This document shows, piece after piece, positions 8,651 through 16,789 of a DNA stretch of 22,885 nt. Where the stretch lies: contig JAVJSW010000032.1 of NCBI GenBank assembly GCA_040219255.1, forward strand, positions 1 to 22,885, written 5' to 3'. The notes under the pieces are model-generated. The model was not told the DNA's origin, did not search any database, and saw only the letters and a program-made list of their open reading frames with translations. This DNA is from Sumerlaeia bacterium. Lineage in GTDB: Bacteria > Sumerlaeota > Sumerlaeia > SLMS01 > JAHLLQ01. Each line of letters begins with the position of its first letter. Within the stretch, counting starts at the first letter, position 1. A program made the position numbers and the translations under genes.

Positions 8651-9487
8651 TTATTCCGCCCCGCCTTCTTTGGCTTCCTCGGCCATGGCGCGGGCGGTGC
8701 GTTTGCGGGGGCTTTCGGGGGCTTCGACGCCGAGGTCGGCGGCCAGGCGGCCGAGCACGCGGTCCCATTGGAAGCCTGGGCCCGGGTCGGTTTTGATGCC
8801 GCGCTCGCGCACGCCGAGAGCTTTGGCGCGCTGGCCGCCGATGTCGTCGTGGCCGGCGATGTTTTCCAGGGGCACGTCGTACTCCTGTACCAGATGCAGC
8901 AGCAGGTCGTGGAGGGCTTCGTACTGGGCTTCCGTGTAGTCCGGAATGGCGCCGGATTTGACCGCCGGGTCGTCGGCGGGGTGGGCGCCGGTGATTTCGA
9001 TGCCGAGGGAGAAGTTATTGATGCTCTGGCGGTTGTCCGGCGGCGGCATCAGGCCCGGCCCGGCGTGGTAGGCGCGGTCTTCGTCTTTCACGAGTTGGAC
9101 GATTTCGCCATCGCGGCCGATGATGTAGTGGGCGGAGACGCCGTAGGCTTCGAAGATTTGTTTGTTGAAGCGCCAGTCGAACTTGTAGGCGTCTTTGCCT
9201 TCCTCGAGCAGGGCGGCGATTTCCGGGTCGTCGGCGAAGTCGCTGAGGGCGTCGCGGAACTGGAACTGAAAGTCCTGGTTATCCCAGTAAATGGCGCTGG
9301 TGTGGTGGAGGATGATGGCGTCGATGTCGGTGCCGGGCTCGCGCTCGCCAAAGCTGCGGGGGTTCTGCATGAGGGACTGGCGGATGACGAGGCCGGAGGT
9401 AGTGGCGGGGTCGGGCGCGGGGGATTCGGCGGGGGCGTGGCTGGCGGCGGCGGCGGCGAAGGCCAGCGCGGAAAGAAGGCGTTTCAT
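8651..9487 (-). CDS. Exported N-acetylmuramoyl-L-alanine amidase (Amidase_2, AmpD/AmiD-like)
   Basis: IILHHT, VSAHYIIGRDGEIVQLV...RAYHAG, INNFSLGIE and GHDDI...KTDPGPGFQW zinc-amidase motifs. Signal peptide MKRLLSALAFAAAAASHA from ATG 9487. Confidence 0.9.
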   Translation of the reverse strand: MKRLLSALAFAAAAASHAPAESPAPDPATTSGLVIRQSLMQNPRSFGEREPGTDIDAIILHHTSAIYWDNQDFQFQFRDALSDFADDPEIAALLEEGKDAYKFDWRFNKQIFEAYGVSAHYIIGRDGEIVQLVKDEDRAYHAGPGLMPPPDNRQSINNFSLGIEITGAHPADDPAVKSGAIPDYTEAQYEALHDLLLHLVQEYDVPLENIAGHDDIGGQRAKALGVRERGIKTDPGPGFQWDRVLGRLAADLGVEAPESPRKRTARAMAEEAKEGGAE

Positions 9488-9570
9488 GGGAGAATGCGGG
9501 GTCCTTGGGCGGGGCGGAATTGCAATGAGTTGCACCCTAGCGCCCCCGGCCGCCCTTGGCAAGCCCCGCC

Positions 9571-10836
9571 TCAGGCTGCGCCGGCCTCCGCCGCCGAGGG
9601 CAACGGTCCCACAAGCGTCTGCGTCATGTCCACGCCGTCGAAGAGCTGGCGCGCGAGGTCCTGGACTTCCGCGGCGGTGATGGATTTCATGCGCTCGATG
9701 ACGACGTCGTCGTTCACATCGAGGTCGTAGAGTTCGCGCGCCACATTGCGCCCGGCGCGATAGCCGGGGTTTTCCATGGCCATGAGGATGCCACGGAGGA
9801 CCTGGCGCTGGGCGGTGTCCATTTCCTCGGCGGTGGGGCCTTCGGCGGCGAGTTTGAGGGCTTCCTCGCGGCAGACGGCCAGTACATCGTCGATCGTGTC
9901 CGGCGAGGTGGACCCGGAAATGAGGAAGTAGCCTTCTTGGCTGAAAAGCGCGGTGGAGGAGCCGATGGAGTAGGCGAGGCCGCGGCGTTCGCGCACTTCG
10001 TTGAAGAGCCGCGAGCCCATGCCGGCGCCGAGAATCATGTCGAGATAGGCGAGCACATAGCGGCTGTCGTCACGCTGGCCCGGGGTGGGGACGCCGAGGC
10101 AGAACTGGACCTGCTCGAGATCGCGTTCGAGGAGGGAGCGGCCGCCGAGGGTGGCGCGGAGCGGGGCGGCTTCGTCGAAGGCGGTGGCGGGGGGGGCGGC
10201 TCCGGCGGGCAGGTGGGCGAAGATGTCGCGGGCGATGGCCTCGGCGGCGTCCAGGTCCACGCCGCCGGCGATGGACACGATCACGTTGCCGGGATGGCGG
10301 ATGGCGTCCCAGGCGCGCAGGAGTTCCTCGCGCTGGAAGGCGCCGACGCTCTCCGGCGTGCCGAGGATCGGGTGCTCCAAGGTGGTTCCGGCGAACAATT
10401 CGGACAGCCAGGTTTCATAGCACAGGTCGTCCGGGATGTCGTTGGCTTCGGCGATTTCTTCCAGGATGACGCCGCGCTCGCGTTCCACTTCCTGGGCGGG
10501 AAAGGTGCTGTGCCAGAGCATGTCCTGCATGAGTTCGAGGGACTCGCGCACGTCTTCGGCGACGACGGTGGTGTAGACGCGGAGGGTTTCGTGGCTGGTG
10601 CTGGCGTTCATGTTGCCGCCCTGCAGGTTCATGTCGCGGGCGATGGCGTAGAGGTCGCGGCGGGACGTGCCTTTGAAGAGCATGTGCTCGATGAAGTGGG
10701 TGATTCCGGCGTCGGCGGGGGCTTCGTGGCGGCTGCCTCGGGCCACGGTGACGCTGGTGCTGGCGGTGGTGCGGCGGGGCATTTCCTCCAGCAGGACGCG
10801 GATTCCATTGTCGAGTACGAGACGGCGATGGGACAT
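9571..10836 (-). CDS. M16 family (pitrilysin-like) zinc peptidase
   Basis: GSRHE...GITHFIEHMLFKGT inverted HxxEH motif, ERERGVILEEI and SRLFNEVRERRGLAYSI. Confidence 0.95.
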   Translation of the reverse strand: MSHRRLVLDNGIRVLLEEMPRRTTASTSVTVARGSRHEAPADAGITHFIEHMLFKGTSRRDLYAIARDMNLQGGNMNASTSHETLRVYTTVVAEDVRESLELMQDMLWHSTFPAQEVERERGVILEEIAEANDIPDDLCYETWLSELFAGTTLEHPILGTPESVGAFQREELLRAWDAIRHPGNVIVSIAGGVDLDAAEAIARDIFAHLPAGAAPPATAFDEAAPLRATLGGRSLLERDLEQVQFCLGVPTPGQRDDSRYVLAYLDMILGAGMGSRLFNEVRERRGLAYSIGSSTALFSQEGYFLISGSTSPDTIDDVLAVCREEALKLAAEGPTAEEMDTAQRQVLRGILMAMENPGYRAGRNVARELYDLDVNDDVVIERMKSITAAEVQDLARQLFDGVDMTQTLVGPLPSAAEAGAA

Positions 10837-10942
10837 GGGATTGATGGGGCGGGGTCCTCCGCGAAAAAAATCGTGGGCCGCAATGGAGCGAACGCGGGGG
10901 CAAAAGGCAAGGCGAGTCCGGTGAGGATACCGGGTTTATTCG

Positions 10943-11100
10943 CCACAGCGCATCACAGAGGATAAAGGTTGCACAGAGGTGGTCGAACAGGCGGTGGGTT
11001 GAATAAATGCCCCCCCTTGTAAGAAGCACAATCCTTACACAAGTGTCCTTCGCAAATTCAATAAAAACAATCTTCTCTGTGTCTTCTGTGGCTCTGTGGT
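10943..11100. repeat. Paired CACAGAG/CTCTGTG REP-like arms around an AT-rich spacer
   Basis: Degenerate left arm with CACAG at 10944, 10954 and 10972; inverted right arm TTCTCTGTGTCTTCTGTGGCTCTGTGGT at 11073-11100. It sits in a divergent intergenic region. Confidence 0.65.
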
Positions 11101-11221
11101 GATGTATTCGAATCAGAGAGACGCAGCTTCCCACCCCGCTTTCCCGGTCGACGCCGCGCTGGCGGATACCCCACCCTCGCATCCTGATCAGTTCCCCCTT
11201 CGCGAAAAGGAACCCTTCACC

Positions 11222-11941
11222 ATGAAGCGAGTCTGTATCGTCGGTGCGTCCGGAAAGCTCGGGCGCTATATGGTTCAGCATTGTCTGGACCGGGGTTACG
11301 AGGTGGTTGGCGTATGCCGCGAGCAAAGCGTGGCGAAGCTCGATGACTTCAGAGACCGCATGACCATTGTGCCGGGTGCGACGAACGATGCGGCGGTGAT
11401 CGCCGAGGCGGTGAAGGGCTGCGACGGCGTGCTGACGGTGCTGGTGCCCTGGGGTGTGCAGCAGCACGCCACCGGCACGGCGCAGGCGGTGCTGGATCAC
11501 GCCGGGCCGGATGCGCGGCTGGTTTTTTCCTGCGGCTGGCACATCACGCGGGATGGCAAGGATCGGTACTCCAAGGGATTCAAGGCGATGCTGGCGGTGT
11601 TTGGCTTCGTGGCGCGGGTGACGCGGTTCGCCGATTTGAAGGACCAGGAGGAAGCCTGCCGGCGTATCTTCGCCAGCGACGCGCGCTGGACTGTCGTGCG
11701 GGGCAGCGACCTGGAGGAGGGTGAGAGCGAAGGCCTGCCGGTCTGGAGCCGCCACGTGGGCGATCCGATTCTGGCGAGCAACCGCACGCGGCGCATCGAC
11801 TTCGCGCTGTTTATGGTCCACGCGCTGACGGATGACAGCCTGATCCGCGAGGCTCCGGCGATCGTGAGCGGCGCTTCGGAATCGGCGCGGGCGCACGGCG
11901 GGGCGCCAAAAAGCGATGAGCCCTCCGGCGCGGAGGGCTGA
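11222..11941 (+). CDS. NAD(P)H-binding oxidoreductase (atypical SDR, flavin reductase-like)
   Basis: RBS AAGGA, Rossmann motif VCIVGASGKLG, WTVVRGS and RIDFALFMV. Confidence 0.88.
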   Translation: MKRVCIVGASGKLGRYMVQHCLDRGYEVVGVCREQSVAKLDDFRDRMTIVPGATNDAAVIAEAVKGCDGVLTVLVPWGVQQHATGTAQAVLDHAGPDARLVFSCGWHITRDGKDRYSKGFKAMLAVFGFVARVTRFADLKDQEEACRRIFASDARWTVVRGSDLEEGESEGLPVWSRHVGDPILASNRTRRIDFALFMVHALTDDSLIREAPAIVSGASESARAHGGAPKSDEPSGAEG

Positions 11942-11970
11942 GTCGGGTTCGCTGGGGGGGGTAGTCTCGC

Positions 11971-12004
11971 GAAGGGCGCGGCGGCCGTGGCCGCCCCGCC
12001 CTCC
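11971..12004. terminator. GC-rich hairpin between convergent genes
   Basis: GAAGGGCGCGGCGGCC-GT-GGCCGCCCCGCCCTCC is a near-perfect stem with no U-tract. Confidence 0.45.
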
Positions 12005-12013
12005 GGGCTCTCG

Positions 12014-12054
12014 ATCAGGACACCGGCATCAGGACACCGGCATCAGGGCACCGG
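12014..12054. repeat. 14-bp tandem repeat x3 overlapping the pseudopilin stop codon
   Basis: ATCAGGACACCGGC ATCAGGACACCGGC ATCAGGGCACCGG. Confidence 0.9.
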
Positions 12055-12669
12055 AGGACCAGTGACATCCGGGTGCAGATCGGGAGCAGCGGCCTCCAGA
12101 CCGCCTTGCCAACGAATCAGGTCTCCGCCGGAGAGCGTTCCGTTGGTGGGGTCGTACAGAGCGACGAGGCCGAAGCTTGGGAATCGGTCGGGGCCGACGC
12201 TGGAGAGTTTCCAGGGGCTGTAGCCGAACATGGCGCGCCAGACGGCGGTGGCGTCGGGATCGGTCCCGATTTCGTTCCAGTAGGCGGACGAGTAATCGAA
12301 GACGTGCTTGCCATTGAGGAAGTGGGTATGGCCGGGGCGGGTGGGATCGCTGATGTTGTTGGCCTGGAAGGTGTCGGTCGGCAGGGTGGTGATGTACGCC
12401 ACGGGGGTGGTGAGCTGCTTCTGGCCGTTGACCCAGCCGTAGTAGGTGAAGCCGGGTTCGCCGTCGTAGGGCGGGCGGCCGTAATCGAGGCTGTAGGCTT
12501 CGATGGCGTTGGCCACGACGGTGAGGTCGGATTGGGCTTTGGCGACTTTGGAGCGGGTTTGGGCTTCGAGGAAGTTGGGCACGGCGATGGCGGCCAGGAT
12601 GCCGATGATGGCGACGGTGATGAGGAGTTCGATGAGCGTGAAGGCGGAATGCGAAGAGTTGGTTTTCAT
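12043..12669 (-). CDS. Prepilin-type N-terminal cleavage/methylation protein (GspG-like pseudopilin), copy 2
   Basis: A|FTLIELLITVAIIGILAAIAVPNFLEAQTRSKV, LTTPVAYI, W.LSSVGPD and YDPTNGTLSGGDL; paralog of 3595-4152. Confidence 0.9.
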   Translation of the reverse strand: MKTNSSHSAFTLIELLITVAIIGILAAIAVPNFLEAQTRSKVAKAQSDLTVVANAIEAYSLDYGRPPYDGEPGFTYYGWVNGQKQLTTPVAYITTLPTDTFQANNISDPTRPGHTHFLNGKHVFDYSSAYWNEIGTDPDATAVWRAMFGYSPWKLSSVGPDRFPSFGLVALYDPTNGTLSGGDLIRWQGGLEAAAPDLHPDVTGPPVP

Positions 12670-12708
12670 GATAGGATCGGTCCTTTGGGAAAAGCGAAAG
12701 GCGAGGGG

Positions 12709-14187
12709 TTAGGCGCTGGGGGGATTCATGAGGAAGTCGGAGACTTCGTTGCGCAGGGCTTTCTTGAAGCCTTCGACGTCCTGAGCGTTGGCGGGGAAGA
12801 GGCCTTCTTTTTCCGCGGCTGCGATGAGAGCCTCGTAGACCGCCTTCTCGGAAATCTGGCCCAACCGGTAAGCGTCGCGAACGGCTGTCTGAACCTTGCC
12901 GAAGTTCTCGTTCATGAAGTCGTGGTAGTAGAGGTTGATGCCGGCCTTGTCCTTGCGCAGGATGATGACCTGGACATAGCCGACGGGTTCCGGCGCCAGT
13001 TCCATGAAGCTCTGGTAATCGCCGTCCATGGGCGCTTTGCCATAGCCGTGCTCACCGTTTTGCAGCGTGACGAACTGATGAGTCCCTTCCGCCGGGCCTG
13101 GGGCGTAGACGTAGAGGTCTTTTACGCCCTGCGGGTGGCTGCCTTCGGGATAGATCAGTTGGGCGCCGGTGCCAAAGGGGACGTGGATGGATTTGGGGAC
13201 GCCGAATTGGCCCTGGGCGGTGACGATGGCGCCGGGAATCATGGCGCGGAATTCTTTTTCGTTCTTCGGATCCCCGGCGTTTTGCATGGCGGCCGATTGG
13301 TTGAATTGGTCGTGGTTCTGGGCGTAGTAAACAGTTCCGCCGGTAAGGGTAATCGCCACAGCGGCGACAGCGATCGATTTTCCGAGACCCATGGTCGTAA
13401 CTCCGGAGGCGCAGGTGGCGCCGAGTGATTGGAGGAACGCCCAGATACCCAGGCCCGAAGAGGCCGCGGTTTCCGCGGACGACGCGGCGAGTGCGCTCTT
13501 GGAGGCGGCGGCGGCCACAACGGCGGCTTTCGCTTCTCCGGAGAGCGAGGCTGTGACCACCGCCACCGCCGCCGCCCGGCGCACCATGCGCGGAGTGGCT
13601 TTGCGGGGGGCCAGCGCCTGGCGCATGCGGCTGTCCATATCGTCACGCATCATGGCCAGGGATTTTTCCAACTGGCGCGAGACGGTGCTGGGATGGACGC
13701 CGAGGCGTTCGGCGATGACTTTCTGGTCCAGGCCTTCCTGATAGTGCATCAGGACGATTTCCCGCTGCCGTTCCGGCAATCGCCAGACGGCCTCGTTCAG
13801 TTCGCGGTGTTCGTCGTCGTGGATCATGCGTTGTCGGGGGTCCGGCGCGTGCTCTCGCACGGTGGCGCTCAGCTCGTCGTCGAGCGGCACTAAGGGGAGC
13901 AGGCGCGAGCGGGTGTTACCCCGCCGCTGCCAATCGCGAGCCAGATTGCGGGTCATCCGGATCACCCACGCACCATAGCGCGATCCGTCTCGCAAGGCTC
14001 CCAAATTCAGTGTCGCACGCAGAAAAACTTCCTGAGCCAAATCATCCGCCGCGTCGCCATCGCGCAATTGCGAGAGGGCAACCGCGTACACGGAGCTGTA
14101 ATAGCGCTCGGTCAACTGCTCCAGCGCCGCGCGTTCTCCGCGTTGCGCCTTCTGCACCAGTTCGACATCTGAAAGCTCTGCTGCCAC
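12709..14187 (-). CDS. ECF sigma-70 family factor with C-terminal transmembrane and extracytoplasmic extension
   Basis: Region 2 (ADDLAQEVFLRA...YGAWVIRMTRNLARD) and region 4 (LPERQREIVLMHYQEGLDQKVIAERLGVHPSTVSRQL), then an Ala-rich linker, TM SIAVAAVAITLTGGTVYY and a ~200-aa soluble domain. GTG start with RBS AGGAGAAAGGA. Confidence 0.9.
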   Translation of the reverse strand: MAAELSDVELVQKAQRGERAALEQLTERYYSSVYAVALSQLRDGDAADDLAQEVFLRATLNLGALRDGSRYGAWVIRMTRNLARDWQRRGNTRSRLLPLVPLDDELSATVREHAPDPRQRMIHDDEHRELNEAVWRLPERQREIVLMHYQEGLDQKVIAERLGVHPSTVSRQLEKSLAMMRDDMDSRMRQALAPRKATPRMVRRAAAVAVVTASLSGEAKAAVVAAAASKSALAASSAETAASSGLGIWAFLQSLGATCASGVTTMGLGKSIAVAAVAITLTGGTVYYAQNHDQFNQSAAMQNAGDPKNEKEFRAMIPGAIVTAQGQFGVPKSIHVPFGTGAQLIYPEGSHPQGVKDLYVYAPGPAEGTHQFVTLQNGEHGYGKAPMDGDYQSFMELAPEPVGYVQVIILRKDKAGINLYYHDFMNENFGKVQTAVRDAYRLGQISEKAVYEALIAAAEKEGLFPANAQDVEGFKKALRNEVSDFLMNPPSA

Positions 14188-14252
14188 GGCCGGTCCTTTC
14201 TCCTGGGTTGGAGTTCCTCGAAGGAGGCTTCTCCGCCCCCTTCCCTAATACA

Positions 14253-14278
14253 GACGCAGGGACTTATTCAAAATTGCA
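14253..14278 (-). promoter_or_regulatory. Putative ECF-type (autoregulatory) promoter
   Basis: Minus strand TGCAAT-N16-CGTC, about 65 bp upstream of the ECF start. It fits the usual ECF -35 AAC-like / -10 CGT architecture. Confidence 0.55.
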
Positions 14279-14332
14279 CGGGGCGTGCATTTTTCTGGCA
14301 ATTTGGTCGCAATTTTTTTGGCAATGAAATCG

Positions 14333-14746
14333 TCAGGGCCCGAACCGGCCGCGTAACTCCTTTGGCATCAAGGGACAAACGTCGTCCTTCTTGCCAAACA
14401 GGCGATACCGCACCGCCGCCACCGCCCGATACCCCAAGTCACGCACGGGCCGCGGCACGGCCCATAGCATCCAAGCGAGAATCGTCCACCCGCCGCCCAA
14501 CTCTTTCAAGACAAAAACCGTGGCGGAACTGCGCGCGTAGGTGCGGCCGTCGGCGGTGCGCACGATGATGCTGTCGGGGACGTCCTGGGCCTCGGCGTCG
14601 GGGAACTGCTCGCGAAACGTCTCGCCGCCGAGCGGCGCAAACCGAAAACGCGCGTCGCGGTCGCGCTTCACCGTGAAGGTGACCGCGCCGTGGCAGAGGG
14701 CGCAGTGGCCGTCGTAGAAGAGGGTGTGGGGGGCGGGGGTGGGCAT
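14333..14746 (-). CDS. DCC1-like thiol-disulfide oxidoreductase (DUF393)
   Basis: LFYDGHCALC (DxxCxxC), FRFAPL and VPRPVRDLGYRAVAAVRYRLFGKKDDVC. Only the last 137 aa of the 812-aa track ORF are real. Confidence 0.92.
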   Translation of the reverse strand: MPTPAPHTLFYDGHCALCHGAVTFTVKRDRDARFRFAPLGGETFREQFPDAEAQDVPDSIIVRTADGRTYARSSATVFVLKELGGGWTILAWMLWAVPRPVRDLGYRAVAAVRYRLFGKKDDVCPLMPKELRGRFGP

Positions 14747-14895
14747 GGGATTCTGTTTGTTGAGTAGGATCAGGGAATCGGGTGGCTGACCCCGTGGAGG
14801 TCTGGAGTGCTGAGAACAGGCTGGCCCAATGGAGCGGCGAAAGACAATGGAGACTTCCGGGGACTTCGAACGAGGGGGCGGCGCCTCCAAAGCCC

Positions 14896-16455
14896 CTACT
14901 CCTCCCCAACCTCCGACCACGCAACCAGGTGCCCCGGCAGGAGGCTTTCCCGTTGGAGGCGGCGCCGGAAGGGGGGCTGGCCGGGGCCGTGGAAGACGAT
15001 GGTGACTTCCGGGGAGCAGGGGTAGCGGGCGGCTTCGCGATAGCCGCATTCGGTCAGCCAGCGGTGGAAGGGGTGGTCTTCGGCGGGGTCGAGGGCCACA
15101 TCGAAGGGGTGGACGAACCAGGGGACGGCCCGGCGTGCGAGGGGACTCTCGCCCGGAAAGGCGCGCCGCAGGACGACGGCTTCGGGGGTGACGAGGCCTT
15201 CGAGGTCGAAGGCGGGCAGACCGGAGAAGTAGGCCAGCGAGCCGATCTCGTGGGCGGCCAGGAACGGCGGCGGATCGGCGCTCTGCGACTCGCGAGCGAC
15301 CCACCGGGCGGCGTCGCGATAGGCGGTCTGGTTCGTGTCGGGGGCCAGCGACCGGAATTCGCGCCCGTGAATGCGCAGGAACACCGCCACCTGGGGCCAG
15401 AGGAGCAGCACGGCCACGAGGGCGGCGGGTTGGGCGAAGAGCCCTGTCGATGGCCCCATGCGCCGCAGACCAGTGCGGATGACGCTGCCCAAACCAACCA
15501 CGGCTGCCGCATAGATCGGCAGCACGAGGGGCGTCAGGTACCAATGAAAGTACGGCGCCCGCGCCGCGCAATAGACCGCCCCATAGACGGTCACAAAGGC
15601 CGGGACGCAGGTGCGCGGATGGCGGTAGTGCCAGACGCAGAGGGCGGCTCCGGCGATGGCGAGGGGCTGAATCGCTCCCCAATAATGCAGGAAAAAGGAG
15701 GTGAAGCCGGTGCGAAAGAGGACGGCTCGCGGATCGTGGGCGGCGATGGCTTTGGCGCGGACGCTGTGCGGCATCCAATCGGCGAAGACATGCAGCCACA
15801 GGCCTCCAAGCAACCCGAGCAGGGCGCCGGAAACGAAGACCGCCCAGAAGGCGCCGCGCCACGCGCGATTCTTCCACGCCCACCACGCCGCGTAGGCCAG
15901 GGCGATGGCCCAGAGAATGGCTCCGTCGGGACGCAGAGCGGCCGCCGCCGTGGCCCACGCCAGGACCCGGCCCGGGTGGCTGCGGGCATCGACAGCCGCC
16001 AGGACGCCCGCGATCAGCGCGCAGAACAGGCCGGTCTCCATGCCGCCGAGCGGCAGCGTGGCCGGCGACCCCACGATCCACACCGCCGCCACCAGCCCGA
16101 ACCATCGCCCCTGACCCAGGTTCTCGAGGATGTCCTGGGTCTTCCAGAGGATCAGGCCGAGCCAAACACCGTCCCACGCCAGCACCCAAACCCACGGTGC
16201 AAAGCCGAGCGCCATGCCTGCCGCCACAAACACAGCGAACAGCGGCACGGTGGTTCCATAAACGGCCTCGGCCCCAGGATAGAAGGCCAGCGAACCGGTC
16301 TCGAGCAGCGTGCGCGCATAGGCGAAGGTGATAAAGGCGTCGTCTGTGATGCCGCCATGGGCCCACCGCACCATAGTCCAGGCCACCGCCGCCGCCAGCC
16401 AGACACCGCGGCGCCTCAGGAAGGCGGAAATACGATGTGGCAAGGCGGAATTCAT
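14896..16455 (-). CDS. GT-C fold polytopic membrane glycosyltransferase, copy 2
   Basis: DDAFITFAYAR, VYGTTVPLFA, GFAPWVWVLAWD, GMET, RPDG, PHSVRAKA, AAHEIGSLAYF and FDLEGLVTP, collinear with copy 1. Confidence 0.8.
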   Translation of the reverse strand: MNSALPHRISAFLRRRGVWLAAAVAWTMVRWAHGGITDDAFITFAYARTLLETGSLAFYPGAEAVYGTTVPLFAVFVAAGMALGFAPWVWVLAWDGVWLGLILWKTQDILENLGQGRWFGLVAAVWIVGSPATLPLGGMETGLFCALIAGVLAAVDARSHPGRVLAWATAAAALRPDGAILWAIALAYAAWWAWKNRAWRGAFWAVFVSGALLGLLGGLWLHVFADWMPHSVRAKAIAAHDPRAVLFRTGFTSFFLHYWGAIQPLAIAGAALCVWHYRHPRTCVPAFVTVYGAVYCAARAPYFHWYLTPLVLPIYAAAVVGLGSVIRTGLRRMGPSTGLFAQPAALVAVLLLWPQVAVFLRIHGREFRSLAPDTNQTAYRDAARWVARESQSADPPPFLAAHEIGSLAYFSGLPAFDLEGLVTPEAVVLRRAFPGESPLARRAVPWFVHPFDVALDPAEDHPFHRWLTECGYREAARYPCSPEVTIVFHGPGQPPFRRRLQRESLLPGHLVAWSEVGEE

Positions 16456-16728
16456 GGTCAGGCGGTGGGTTTGGTTTGGGTCGTGCAGTCAGCACTTCCC
16501 TCCACCGCGGGGCTCCGGTCCGCCATGGGAAAAGGGGTCTGGCCGCAGCCTTTGTGCGGTTTCCTGGGTGAGCCTGGGAAAACCGCTGCCCGGGTGGGCA
16601 AGGTGTTGCTGGGCTGGGAAAGTTCTGGGCGTCGCAGCCTGGGGCGGCGGGGGTGTGGTGATTCATGGGAGGGGCGTCCTGTGCGCGAAGTCGATGGCGG
16701 CAGCCTCTCACAGGCCGGATCGTTTGTC

Positions 16729-16789
16729 CCCTCATGTGGTCACTGAGAGACAAGATCGACAAAAAAGACAAGATGCACTTGTGGGCGTT
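16729..16789 (+). repeat. Structured dispersed repeat, copy A (61-bp core)
   Basis: Ungapped 48/61 match to the reverse complement of 22686-22746, with identical ends CCCTCATGTGG and TGCACTTGTGGGCGTT. Confidence 0.8.

Noticed and set aside
9521-9534. TGCAA-TGAG-TTGCA palindrome upstream of the amidase
   Set aside because: The 5-bp arms are too short to support an operator call, and the spacing does not fit sigma54.
16556-16670. CTGGG repeats, G-runs and a small hairpin as a riboswitch or G-quadruplex
   Set aside because: No recognisable aptamer consensus, and G-runs are expected at this GC content.
14747-16771. 812-aa ORF suggesting a long N-terminal fusion to DCC1, and the 654-aa antisense ORF
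   Set aside because: Both overlap the well-supported GT-C copy 2 in other frames and have no motifs. DCC1 starts at ATG 14746.
16729-16789. CRISPR or TIGR-like guide array reading of the 9-nt periodic repeat
   Set aside because: Only about 60 bp, with no repeat-spacer alternation and no cas or Nop-domain gene in the window.
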